The position numbers and the translations under genes are program-made. The notes under the pieces are model-generated. The model was not told the DNA's origin, searched no databases, and saw nothing but the letters and a program-made list of their open reading frames with translations. From assembly GCA_035528495.1 (NCBI GenBank), contig DATKYM010000042.1, positions 9,051 to 41,050 of the forward strand: 32,000 nucleotides of DNA, read 5' to 3'. Numbering within the stretch: position 1 is the first letter of the stretch; every line of letters starts with the position of its first letter. Source of the DNA: Nitrosopumilaceae archaeon. GTDB lineage: Archaea > Thermoproteota > Nitrososphaeria > Nitrososphaerales > Nitrosopumilaceae. This document shows, piece after piece, positions 18,858 through 26,928 of the stretch.

Positions 18858-20606
18858 TTGACTATTTCTTTTGCTTTGGATAAAAAATTAATTCTTTTAG
18901 TAATGAGCGTATCAATTATCGCTTTATCGATTACCGGATTTCTGAGTTTTAATTATGCAGAACAAATTCTTAAAGAAAGAACTGGTGAACAATTATTTGG
19001 TGAATCAACCATACGAGGTGATACCCTCCGGATAATGTTTGAATCACGTATCGAACAAAATCAAATTATTACAACTGATCCTATGATCCGAATTCTAGTT
19101 ACAGAATTAAATCAAACTCCAGAAGAGACACTTCAAAACAAAATTGAAGAAAAACGCAGAGATTTTCTGACACAAATTCAAGCTTTTCAAACATTAATTG
19201 GATTTTCTATTGGATTTGAAGACGTTAAGATAATTGGAAAAAATGGAGATATTTTCTTTTCACTTGGAAGAATTGAGAAAGATAATTTTCAAAATGATCC
19301 CTTATTTCAAAAAGGATTACATACATCATTTGTAGATTTTGAACCTTTTCAAAACAGTAAAAAAATGATTGTGATATCTCCAATTTTTGCACAAGATAGT
19401 AAAATTGGAGACGAAGCCATTGGAGTTGTCATATCTAGAATGAGAACTGCAGCAATAGATGGTATTTTACTAAATAGAAGTGGACTAGGAGAATCAGGGG
19501 AAATCTATATTGTTAATAGTAATTTCACGATGTTATCTGAATCTAGATTTACGGAAAATACTATCTTTAACCAAATAGTAAATTCAACTCCTGTTAAAAA
19601 CTGCTTTAATGAGGGATTAGATTATGAAGGACTTTATCTAGACTATAGAGAAATTCATACCTATGGTTCCTCTTATTGTGCAAGTGATTTAGGATTTGTA
19701 TTACTTGCAGAAATAGACGAATCAGAAACAATCCAACCAATCTTAAATCTCCAAAGCAGAATATTTCAAACTGGTTTGTTAATTACAGCAATGATGGCAA
19801 TAATGGCATTTATTATTTCAAAAACCCTCTCAAAACCATTAATAAAATTGAAAAATGCTGCAAACACAATTGCAGGTGGCAATTTTGAGGTAAGAACAAA
19901 GATTACAACAAAGGATGAGATAGGTGAACTCTCTCATGCTTTTGATTCAATGGCTCAAAAACTCCAAGAATCATTAATTGAAATTAAAGAAAAAGAAAAC
20001 GTGATTAAACAACAAGAAGACATTCTTTTGCAATTTTCAAATTATAGTGAAAAATATTGTGTTTGTATGATAGACATAATGAACTCCACAAAAATCACTT
20101 CAAATTTATCAGATTCACAAACAAGTGAATTCTATAGAATTTTTCTCAACTCAACAGCATTGATCGTTCGAAATTATAGTGGTATAGTTGTCAAAAATAT
20201 TGGTGATGCTTTATTATTCTATTTTCCTGTAATTAATTCTGAAATAGAACTTACAATAAAAAAATGCCTTAATTGTTGTTTAGCATTAGGAGAATCACAC
20301 GAGGAAATTGAAAAAAAATTACAAAAAGAAAATCTGCCGGTTATCGATTATAGAACCAGTGCTACTTTTGGAATGGTAAGAATAGCTAGAACCTCAACCT
20401 CGTCGGTTAATGATATTTTTGGAGCTACTGTTAATCGATGTGCTAAAATAAACAGGACTGCCCCAGCAAATGGATTGATTATAGGTAAAGAATTATTTGA
20501 AAATGCCAAAACTCTGGAGGATTATATCTTTAAAAAAGTAGAAAGTGAGATTGTTTCTCCGGAACATGGCTATACCGTATATATCGTTTCTAGAAAACAA
20601 AAATAA
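18858..20606 (+). CDS. Membrane receptor: TM - Cache-like periplasmic domain - TM - HAMP - class III nucleotidyl cyclase domain
   Basis: TM1 LILLVMSVSIIALSITGFLSF and TM2 GLLITAMMAIMAFIISKTL. HAMP SKPLIKLKNAANTIAGGNFEVRTKITTKDEIGELSHAFDSMAQKL. Cyclase motifs CMIDIMNST, VKNIGDALLFYF and FGATVNRCAKI. Confidence 0.75.
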   Translation: MTISFALDKKLILLVMSVSIIALSITGFLSFNYAEQILKERTGEQLFGESTIRGDTLRIMFESRIEQNQIITTDPMIRILVTELNQTPEETLQNKIEEKRRDFLTQIQAFQTLIGFSIGFEDVKIIGKNGDIFFSLGRIEKDNFQNDPLFQKGLHTSFVDFEPFQNSKKMIVISPIFAQDSKIGDEAIGVVISRMRTAAIDGILLNRSGLGESGEIYIVNSNFTMLSESRFTENTIFNQIVNSTPVKNCFNEGLDYEGLYLDYREIHTYGSSYCASDLGFVLLAEIDESETIQPILNLQSRIFQTGLLITAMMAIMAFIISKTLSKPLIKLKNAANTIAGGNFEVRTKITTKDEIGELSHAFDSMAQKLQESLIEIKEKENVIKQQEDILLQFSNYSEKYCVCMIDIMNSTKITSNLSDSQTSEFYRIFLNSTALIVRNYSGIVVKNIGDALLFYFPVINSEIELTIKKCLNCCLALGESHEEIEKKLQKENLPVIDYRTSATFGMVRIARTSTSSVNDIFGATVNRCAKINRTAPANGLIIGKELFENAKTLEDYIFKKVESEIVSPEHGYTVYIVSRKQK

Positions 20607-20633
20607 ATCAAAATTCCTTTAATGGTAAAAAAA

Positions 20634-20960
20634 TTAAATTATTTCAGATGATTTTTGTTTTGTCGAAATGTCATAAGACTGTTCAACATTTGTGATGAAG
20701 ATTTTTCCGTCCCCCTTATTTCCAGTATGAGCTACATCCATAATGGCTGATATAGCAGAATCTAATTGGGAATCATTTACAACCGTTATAATTACATCTG
20801 TAGAATTAAATTCAATTTGCTTTCCACCAATTTCTGGTCTTTCTCCTCCTCCTTGACCTAAGGATTCAATCAATGTAACTCCACTTACACCTACACCTCG
20901 AATTGCTTTTACTACTTGTCTTGAAACCTCACTTTGAACAATAATCTCAATTCGTTTCAT
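20634..20960 (-). CDS. PII (GlnB/GlnK) superfamily signal-transduction protein, divergent T-loop
   Basis: 108 aa. MKRIEIIV start and B-loop HTGNKGDGKIFITNV. Short Gly-rich T-loop GQGGGERPEIGGKQIEF lacks the canonical YRG segment. Confidence 0.8.
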   Translation of the reverse strand: MKRIEIIVQSEVSRQVVKAIRGVGVSGVTLIESLGQGGGERPEIGGKQIEFNSTDVIITVVNDSQLDSAISAIMDVAHTGNKGDGKIFITNVEQSYDISTKQKSSEII

Positions 20961-21081
20961 ATGATTTTTGAGAAAAATTACAATTTAAAAATATCTAAAC
21001 CTTCTCTAATTATCATACCTGACTATCAATAAAGAAAATCTTCTTATCATTAAATAAATTTAAAGTGTAAATAATCATATC

Positions 21082-22068
21082 TTGTATCAAATACATACTT
21101 TAATTGTATTAGGAGTACTTTCTTTGGTTTCAAGTGCTTATGCCGAAGATTACATTGTAAATATTCCATATGGGTCATTTAATCCTGAATTAAATACCCC
21201 TGCAGAGGTTTGGTACGATCCACCAGTAATTGCTATTACAGTAGGTGATTCAATTATTTGGTACAATAATGATAGAGAAGGTCATACTGTTACCAGTGGT
21301 GAAGGGTCTGGAAGATTTGGTTGGATGGATGATAATTTTGGAACTCCAGATGGAGGATTTGACAGTGATCGATTTCTGCCAGGAGAATCATGGAATCATA
21401 AATTTGATGAGTCTGGTACTTTTTCATATTTCTGCACAATTCATCCCTGGATGGAAGGTGTGGTAATTGTTGAGAGTAAAATTCCAGATTTTCCACACGA
21501 TGCCACTGGACAGAAATTAGAATTTCCACTTTTGCAATATACTCCAGATAGACAAATAGAAGTTAATCTTAGCTGGGATCCACCAGTAATTAAAACTCAT
21601 GAAAAAATTCAATTTGTCTATCAATTTTATGATCCGACTACAAATTCTAATCTGGCAAAAATGAAATATGACTTTATTATTTTTCAAAACGGAAAAGAAC
21701 TTTTCCGTGATGAAGGATTAAATCAAATTGGTGGTGATTACCGTAATTTTATTTTTGATCAATCTGGTTCAATAATTATTAGAATGGAAGGAATTGAAGC
21801 TTTATCTATTTTAGCTGAAGGAGGAGTTACAGTATCTGGGAAAGTCGAGAACAAAGCTCAAAGATCCGTTGATTTTACTGGTGTAGTTTATGATAACCCC
21901 GAAAAAACTAGTCATGAAGCTTATCATGTACAACCTGCACAAAGACTAGAACTCTATTATGAAATGACTATTGCAATTATTTTGATACCTGCAGTCATGT
22001 TTATAGGAATAATTATTTGGATGAAACGAACCCCCAAAATCCCCGAGGGTAAATCAAGTGCAGTATGA
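21082..22068 (+). CDS. Membrane-anchored blue copper (plastocyanin-like cupredoxin) protein with extra beta-sandwich domain
   Basis: TTG start. Signal peptide ...LVSSAYA|EDY. Type-1 Cu ligands in GHTVTSG and YFCTIHPWMEG (C-x2-H-x2-M). C-terminal TM IAIILIPAVMFIGIIIWMKR. Confidence 0.85.
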   Translation: MYQIHTLIVLGVLSLVSSAYAEDYIVNIPYGSFNPELNTPAEVWYDPPVIAITVGDSIIWYNNDREGHTVTSGEGSGRFGWMDDNFGTPDGGFDSDRFLPGESWNHKFDESGTFSYFCTIHPWMEGVVIVESKIPDFPHDATGQKLEFPLLQYTPDRQIEVNLSWDPPVIKTHEKIQFVYQFYDPTTNSNLAKMKYDFIIFQNGKELFRDEGLNQIGGDYRNFIFDQSGSIIIRMEGIEALSILAEGGVTVSGKVENKAQRSVDFTGVVYDNPEKTSHEAYHVQPAQRLELYYEMTIAIILIPAVMFIGIIIWMKRTPKIPEGKSSAV

Positions 22069-22255
22069 AATTCACTGACGAGATTAAATTCAAACGACAT
22101 TACACAAAAGTACCCCCTTCAAAACCAGAGCATTACAAACAAAAATGGTATTGGGAAAATTCCATTTTTCCATGATTGTAAACTAGTTCAAATCATATTT
22201 TTTTTAATTAACACGGGTAACCTACGTTTAATATCTATTAATTTAAAAATTAATT

Positions 22256-23590
22256 ATGAAAGATAATCTAGTAAAAATCAGTCTATTAGTTATTTTATCA
22301 AGTTTTGGATTTTCAAATTTTTCTTTTGGTCAGGATACTCAAACATCAGGAGGTGTTGATATTGATGGTTCGTGGTATTTGGGTGAAGGTCTCAAGAAGG
22401 GAGATTATTTCGAGTATTCTTTATGTGAAATAAATCTTAATGACTGTTCCCCTATTACATTGAAAATGTGGATCAAAGGAGACATACAAAATATCAGTGA
22501 AACATTATGGGATGCGAAAGTTGTAGTCGAAGATCAGAATAAAATCATTATAGGTTCTTTGGGTCTTGGTAAAACTGCTCCTGAACCTATATTGTTTGAT
22601 GATAATATTTTTGAGTATACCAGTGCATTCAAATCTTCATTAGCTTGGTTGTCTGCTTTTACTACTGGAAATGAAAATGACCGAATTCATGGACCAAAAG
22701 AGTTTAGATCTGCTTCATGGGGGGAAATAGGACCCATTGGTGGTGGAAGTAACGCCCAATTAATTACAAATAGAGTAGAGACAATTACTACGCCTGCCGG
22801 AACTGTAGATACCATTGTTGTTGGCTGGTATAGCGGTAATGATAATGAAATATGGCTAGTGGATGATTTTCCTTTTCCTGTTAAAGCATTAACTTATGCA
22901 GGGATTACTGAGGGCAATGCTCCAATAATGTATCAGTTCACTTTGTTAAATTATAAAGAAAATATCATGGATGATCCTTTCAAAGATGTAGAAGAAACAA
23001 TCCAAAAAGAGGAGTTACTGAATTGTCCTACAAAATTTTATGATTATACCAGTGATCGTGTTTCTACAAATACACATTCCATGATGATTCAGTACAATTA
23101 TTCTCCGCTAACACCTATTGAGGGCTGTAATATTGACTGGAAAATAAATTTCCTTAGCAAGTATAATGATCTTGAAATTCTAGATCAAATTCATTATGAT
23201 ATTTGGGTAGTCGATGAGGAAGGCAATAAATTGCGTTCATATGCACAAGAGATTGGAGAAGATAATCTGTATAATGAATTTGGTCGAGTTCATCATCTTC
23301 TTCAAATAAAAGAAAAAGCTGGACTAGTACGCTATTCGATATTTGTTCATGGTACAGGACCAGAACAAGAAAAACCTGATGCATCCATGAGTGGATTTGC
23401 TATTGTCGAAATTGAAATCGAGGAGAATCCTCTACTTGAAAAATTAAGTGAAAATGTTGTTTCATCTTCTATAATTCCAGAATGGATTAAAAGCAATGCA
23501 GGTTGGTGGGCAAATGGCGACATTGATGATACAACCTTTGTCCAGGGAATTCAATTTTTAATTAAAGAAGGCATCCTGAATATTCCATAA
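22256..23590 (+). CDS. Secreted protein of unknown function with conserved-looking Trp-rich C-terminal module
   Basis: Signal peptide ISLLVILSSFGFSNFSFG|QD. 444 aa. C-terminal IPEWIKSNAGWWANGDIDDTTFVQGIQFLIKEGIL. Confidence 0.7.
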   Translation: MKDNLVKISLLVILSSFGFSNFSFGQDTQTSGGVDIDGSWYLGEGLKKGDYFEYSLCEINLNDCSPITLKMWIKGDIQNISETLWDAKVVVEDQNKIIIGSLGLGKTAPEPILFDDNIFEYTSAFKSSLAWLSAFTTGNENDRIHGPKEFRSASWGEIGPIGGGSNAQLITNRVETITTPAGTVDTIVVGWYSGNDNEIWLVDDFPFPVKALTYAGITEGNAPIMYQFTLLNYKENIMDDPFKDVEETIQKEELLNCPTKFYDYTSDRVSTNTHSMMIQYNYSPLTPIEGCNIDWKINFLSKYNDLEILDQIHYDIWVVDEEGNKLRSYAQEIGEDNLYNEFGRVHHLLQIKEKAGLVRYSIFVHGTGPEQEKPDASMSGFAIVEIEIEENPLLEKLSENVVSSSIIPEWIKSNAGWWANGDIDDTTFVQGIQFLIKEGILNIP

Positions 23591-23608
23591 TTCTATTGAA
23601 AATTATAA

Positions 23609-23640
23609 TTTTTTAGAATATTTTATGCCTGAATTTTTTT
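23609..23640 (+). terminator. Oligo-T tracts (T6 at 23609-23614, T7 at 23634-23640) after the 22256..23590 gene
   Basis: T runs 19-50 nt downstream of the stop codon in a convergent gap. Confidence 0.3.
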
Positions 23641-23756
23641 GAAATTAATTGTGAAGATTTAACCAAATGATTAGGGAAACCGTATTTGTACAAGTACTAT
23701 TGGACAAATTTGGTTATTTTAAAAATATAAAAATAAATTGAAAATGATCGAATCGA

Positions 23757-24056
23757 CTAGTCTACTAGTTCGGTCCAACCTTTTACGAAGACTGAATCTT
23801 TGTGAAGAGGCACTGGTTGTCCAACTGTAAAGTCCATTGGTCTCATCCAAAAGATTGCTTTTGTTGGGCATACACCGATGCATGCACCGTCAGTAATGCA
23901 TCGTTCTGGATAAAAGACAAATGCTTTACCTCTTTTCCAGCCTTCTACTGGTTTTACTCTAAGGACATCTGGACCAAGTGTTGTACAGATTTCTACACAT
24001 AGTGCACATCCGATACACATTTGTTCGCTGATGTCTGGAAGTATTGCTACTGGCAT
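23757..24056 (-). CDS. Dicluster ferredoxin, probably 7Fe type ([4Fe-4S] + [3Fe-4S])
   Basis: CIGCALCVEIC (CxxCxxCxxxC) plus CITDGACIGVCP (C-x5-C-x3-CP, with Asp in place of the second Cys). Confidence 0.85.
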   Translation of the reverse strand: MPVAILPDISEQMCIGCALCVEICTTLGPDVLRVKPVEGWKRGKAFVFYPERCITDGACIGVCPTKAIFWMRPMDFTVGQPVPLHKDSVFVKGWTELVD

Positions 24057-24108
24057 AACAAAAATTTTTTATCTTTTGATCTTTATATAACTTACCGAGG
24101 AAATTGAA

Positions 24109-24147
24109 TTTATAACACCGTTTAAAATTTTATAACGGCGTTTGAAA
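24109..24147. promoter_or_regulatory. Tandem 20-bp-period repeat TTTATAAC-NN-CGTTT-N-AAA x2 upstream of the ferredoxin gene
   Basis: Copies at 24109-24127 and 24129-24147 are identical at 16 of 19 positions by eye. They lie 53-91 nt upstream of the ferredoxin ATG. A TATA-like TTATATAAAG (reverse complement of 24081-24090) sits about 30 nt upstream of the ATG. Confidence 0.45.
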
Positions 24148-24167
24148 ATCTGATCGCTTTAGCAACA

Positions 24168-24845
24168 TTATTTCCTAATTTTAAAAGATTTAGAATCTGG
24201 CTGGTTTTTATCAATAATATTTAAAATCAAACTTGTTTCAGACATTTCTAAATAATACATTCCAGATTGTTTTGAATCCATTAAATGTCTCCCACCTGGA
24301 GAAAGAGTCCATTCTTGATTATTATTTTTTATGGTCATTGCAGTGACCATAATCTGCGATTTTGTATATCTGGCTACAGAGGATAAAAGCATAATAGCCG
24401 CATTGATAAATCTGCTAGATTCTAATTCATCAAACATGTTGTAAATCCCATTTAAAGAATCTAAAATTACGAGCGATTTTTCTCTTGATATTTTTTCAAT
24501 AATTTCTTTTAGGTTCTTTTCCCAATTGATCCTATCAGAGCGAATAATTCTTACATTTTCATTTTTTTTAATCATTTCAGAACACACATAACCACTATAC
24601 AACAAATCAAAATCTAAAAAAATTACAGGGATAGCACAAGAATCGATTAATCTATTTAAAAATTCAGTTTTTAGAAAAGGTTTAGAGCATAAAATAAAAC
24701 TCGGATTTTTTTCGGAAAATTCACTTTTCATTTGAACAAAATCATTATCTAAAATTAGGTTAGGATTTTTATCCAACACTAAATTATTCATTAACAGATA
24801 TAATAATGAATTTAGAGCCAAAGGATGTATCTGAGGATTTTTCAT
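24168..24845 (-). CDS. Hypothetical protein, RecA/KaiC-like fold with degenerate P-loop (inferred)
   Basis: FILCSKPFLKTEF occupies the Walker A position (KT kept, glycines lost). LVILDSLNGI resembles Walker B and IMVTAMT resembles the following strand. The start may be the internal ATG at 24791, which removes the overlap with the divergent gene. Confidence 0.5.
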   Translation of the reverse strand: MKNPQIHPLALNSLLYLLMNNLVLDKNPNLILDNDFVQMKSEFSEKNPSFILCSKPFLKTEFLNRLIDSCAIPVIFLDFDLLYSGYVCSEMIKKNENVRIIRSDRINWEKNLKEIIEKISREKSLVILDSLNGIYNMFDELESSRFINAAIMLLSSVARYTKSQIMVTAMTIKNNNQEWTLSPGGRHLMDSKQSGMYYLEMSETSLILNIIDKNQPDSKSFKIRK

Positions 24846-25954
24846 CTAACAAAATCTATCTAAATAACGCATCAGTATCCCTAATGCCAACGCAAAGTAT
24901 TGAGGCAATGAAAGAATTTTTAATTTCATACAATTCGCTGGGACCAGATTCTCTTGAATCTGAACCATTTGTTGCAGAAAAATTAAGAAATACTAGAAAA
25001 ATTATCTCAAAGATAATTAATTGTCAGCCTGATGAGATTATTTTAACTCAGAGTACAACAGACGGAATAAATTTTGTAGCTAATGGTCTTTCTTTTGATT
25101 CATCCTCTAATATTATAATACGTGGGATGTCTCATGAACATCATGCCAATTTTTATCCATGGCTTCGACTAAAAAATAGACTAGAAATCAAAAATTTATC
25201 GATAGATGAAAATGGATTTTTTAATTTTAATCAATTTAAAAAATTTCTTGACAGCAACACAAAACTAGTTTCACTTAGTCATGCATTGTATAACACTGGT
25301 TCAATATTACCAATAGAAAAAATTGGTAAAATTCTAGATAACAAAATACCATTTTTCCTTGATAGTGCTCAAACAGTAGGATGTTCTGGTAATTTTGATG
25401 TAAAAAATCTTAAATGTAATTTTATGGCTTTTAATGGATCAAAATGGCTTTGTGGCCCTATGGGAACAGGATTGTTTTACTGTGATCGTAAATCAAGCGA
25501 ATTACTTGAGCCTCTTTCTATAGGAGGTGAATCAGCAATAATGTACGATGAATCGAATTTAGCATTCAAGGACTTGCCTGAAAAATTTCAAACAGGATTC
25601 CGTAACTATGTTGGGATAGTTGGATTGGAATCCTCTGCAAACTATCTTTACAGATATGGTTTGGAAAACATACGTAAAAAAAACATTTACCTTTCAAATA
25701 TGCTCAGAGAGGAATTATCAAAAAATAGCAAAATAATACTCTATGGTCCAAACAATCCCGAAGAGCGTACAAGTATAGTCTCATTTACCTTAGATGGACA
25801 TGAATCACAAACGGTGGTTGAAAAACTAGAAAAACAGGGAATAATTTTAGCAGTAAGAGAAATCTATGACAAAAAAATAGTTCGAGCGTCTCCTCACTTT
25901 TTTAATACTGAATCTGAAATCCTTGAAGTTATCGATGCGATAAAAAAGTTATAG
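24806..25954 (+). CDS. Class V aminotransferase / cysteine desulfurase-like PLP enzyme
   Basis: IYLNNASVSLMP N-terminal motif, TQSTTDGIN, FLDSAQTVG, and the PLP-lysine region FNGSKWLCGPMGTGLFY. Confidence 0.8.
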   Translation: MNLEPKDVSEDFSSNKIYLNNASVSLMPTQSIEAMKEFLISYNSLGPDSLESEPFVAEKLRNTRKIISKIINCQPDEIILTQSTTDGINFVANGLSFDSSSNIIIRGMSHEHHANFYPWLRLKNRLEIKNLSIDENGFFNFNQFKKFLDSNTKLVSLSHALYNTGSILPIEKIGKILDNKIPFFLDSAQTVGCSGNFDVKNLKCNFMAFNGSKWLCGPMGTGLFYCDRKSSELLEPLSIGGESAIMYDESNLAFKDLPEKFQTGFRNYVGIVGLESSANYLYRYGLENIRKKNIYLSNMLREELSKNSKIILYGPNNPEERTSIVSFTLDGHESQTVVEKLEKQGIILAVREIYDKKIVRASPHFFNTESEILEVIDAIKKL

Positions 25955-26221
25955 ATTCTCTTGTTCCTCTATAACCATCATCGTTAAGGTTGATTGCACC
26001 TTATTGATTTTTCTAATCTTTTCTGTAATGATTGCACGAAGATTTTCAGCATTATCAGAAGTTAACTTCAAAACAATATCATAAACTCCATAAACACCTT
26101 GAATCTCAGATACAACATCTTCATTTTGAAGAATTTTTTTCGTATCATCAATTATAGTACTATCTGAACCTAGATCCGAATTCAATAATACATATGCTGT
26201 AGGCATGTTGCAGATTTTCAT
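25949..26221 (-). CDS. Stand-alone Lrp/AsnC-type ligand-binding (RAM) domain protein, no HTH
   Basis: PTAYVLLNSDLGSD...VSEIQGVYGVYDIVLKLTSDNAENLRAIITEKIRKINKVQSTLTMMVIE matches the RAM-domain pattern. The second ATG (MPTAY) is probably the true start. Confidence 0.75.
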   Translation of the reverse strand: MKICNMPTAYVLLNSDLGSDSTIIDDTKKILQNEDVVSEIQGVYGVYDIVLKLTSDNAENLRAIITEKIRKINKVQSTLTMMVIEEQENL

Positions 26222-26283
26222 GAACAGTATTTAACCTTTCATAGACATCAAAAACTGATAAACTACCCTCAGAATTTCTTGAT

Positions 26284-26928
26284 GTGAAACATCTAGATCT
26301 TACATTAACAATTTCTTTGTCAATTCCAAATTTTCCTGGTTCGCCTCCTCCTCAATTCATTTCATGGTCCACAATCAAGGATGAGGGTTTTAATCTAGAA
26401 TTATTATTTTTAAGCTCTCATACAGGAACCCATCTTGATGCACCATATCACTTTGCAAAAAATGGAATAAAGATTCACCAAATTCCTATTTCTCGGCTTA
26501 TCGGAGAAGGAATATTAATAAAAATTAAAAAATCAAAAGATCAATCAATCACCAAACAGGACTTGATTAATTTTGAGAAAAAAAATGGAAAAATCCCAAA
26601 CTTTTCTTCTATTATATTTTTCACCAACTGGCAAAAAAATTTGAATAAAAAATTCTATTTTACAAATAACCCAGGATTATCTAAATCTGCAATTAGTTAC
26701 CTTGTTTCAAAAAAAATCAATTTAATTGGAATTGATTCTCCAAGTATTGATCTTGGGATTGACAAGTTATTTTCAGCTCATAAAATTTTAGCCACAAATA
26801 ATGTTCTCATAGTTGAAAATCTTTCAAATTTGGAAAAAATTCCCACTCTGAGATTTAATTTCATCATTTTACCTTTAAAGCTAAAAGATGCAACAGGTTC
26901 CCCTGTAAGGGCAGTTGCTAATTATTGA
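26284..26928 (+). CDS. Cyclase-family protein (kynurenine formamidase-like metal hydrolase)
   Basis: Signature HTGTHLDAPYHF (HxGTHxDxPxH). N-terminal LDLT...PNFPGSPPP. GTG start. Confidence 0.8.
   Translation: MKHLDLTLTISLSIPNFPGSPPPQFISWSTIKDEGFNLELLFLSSHTGTHLDAPYHFAKNGIKIHQIPISRLIGEGILIKIKKSKDQSITKQDLINFEKKNGKIPNFSSIIFFTNWQKNLNKKFYFTNNPGLSKSAISYLVSKKINLIGIDSPSIDLGIDKLFSAHKILATNNVLIVENLSNLEKIPTLRFNFIILPLKLKDATGSPVRAVANY

Noticed and set aside
21010-21049. Three TTATCA/CTATCAA motifs upstream of the 20634..20960 PII-like gene, as possible copies of the amt operator
   Set aside because: Only 5-6 bp cores match and the spacing is irregular (13 and 21 bp). Such short AT-rich words are expected by chance in this genome. 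The point is worth revisiting only if a genome-wide motif model supports it.
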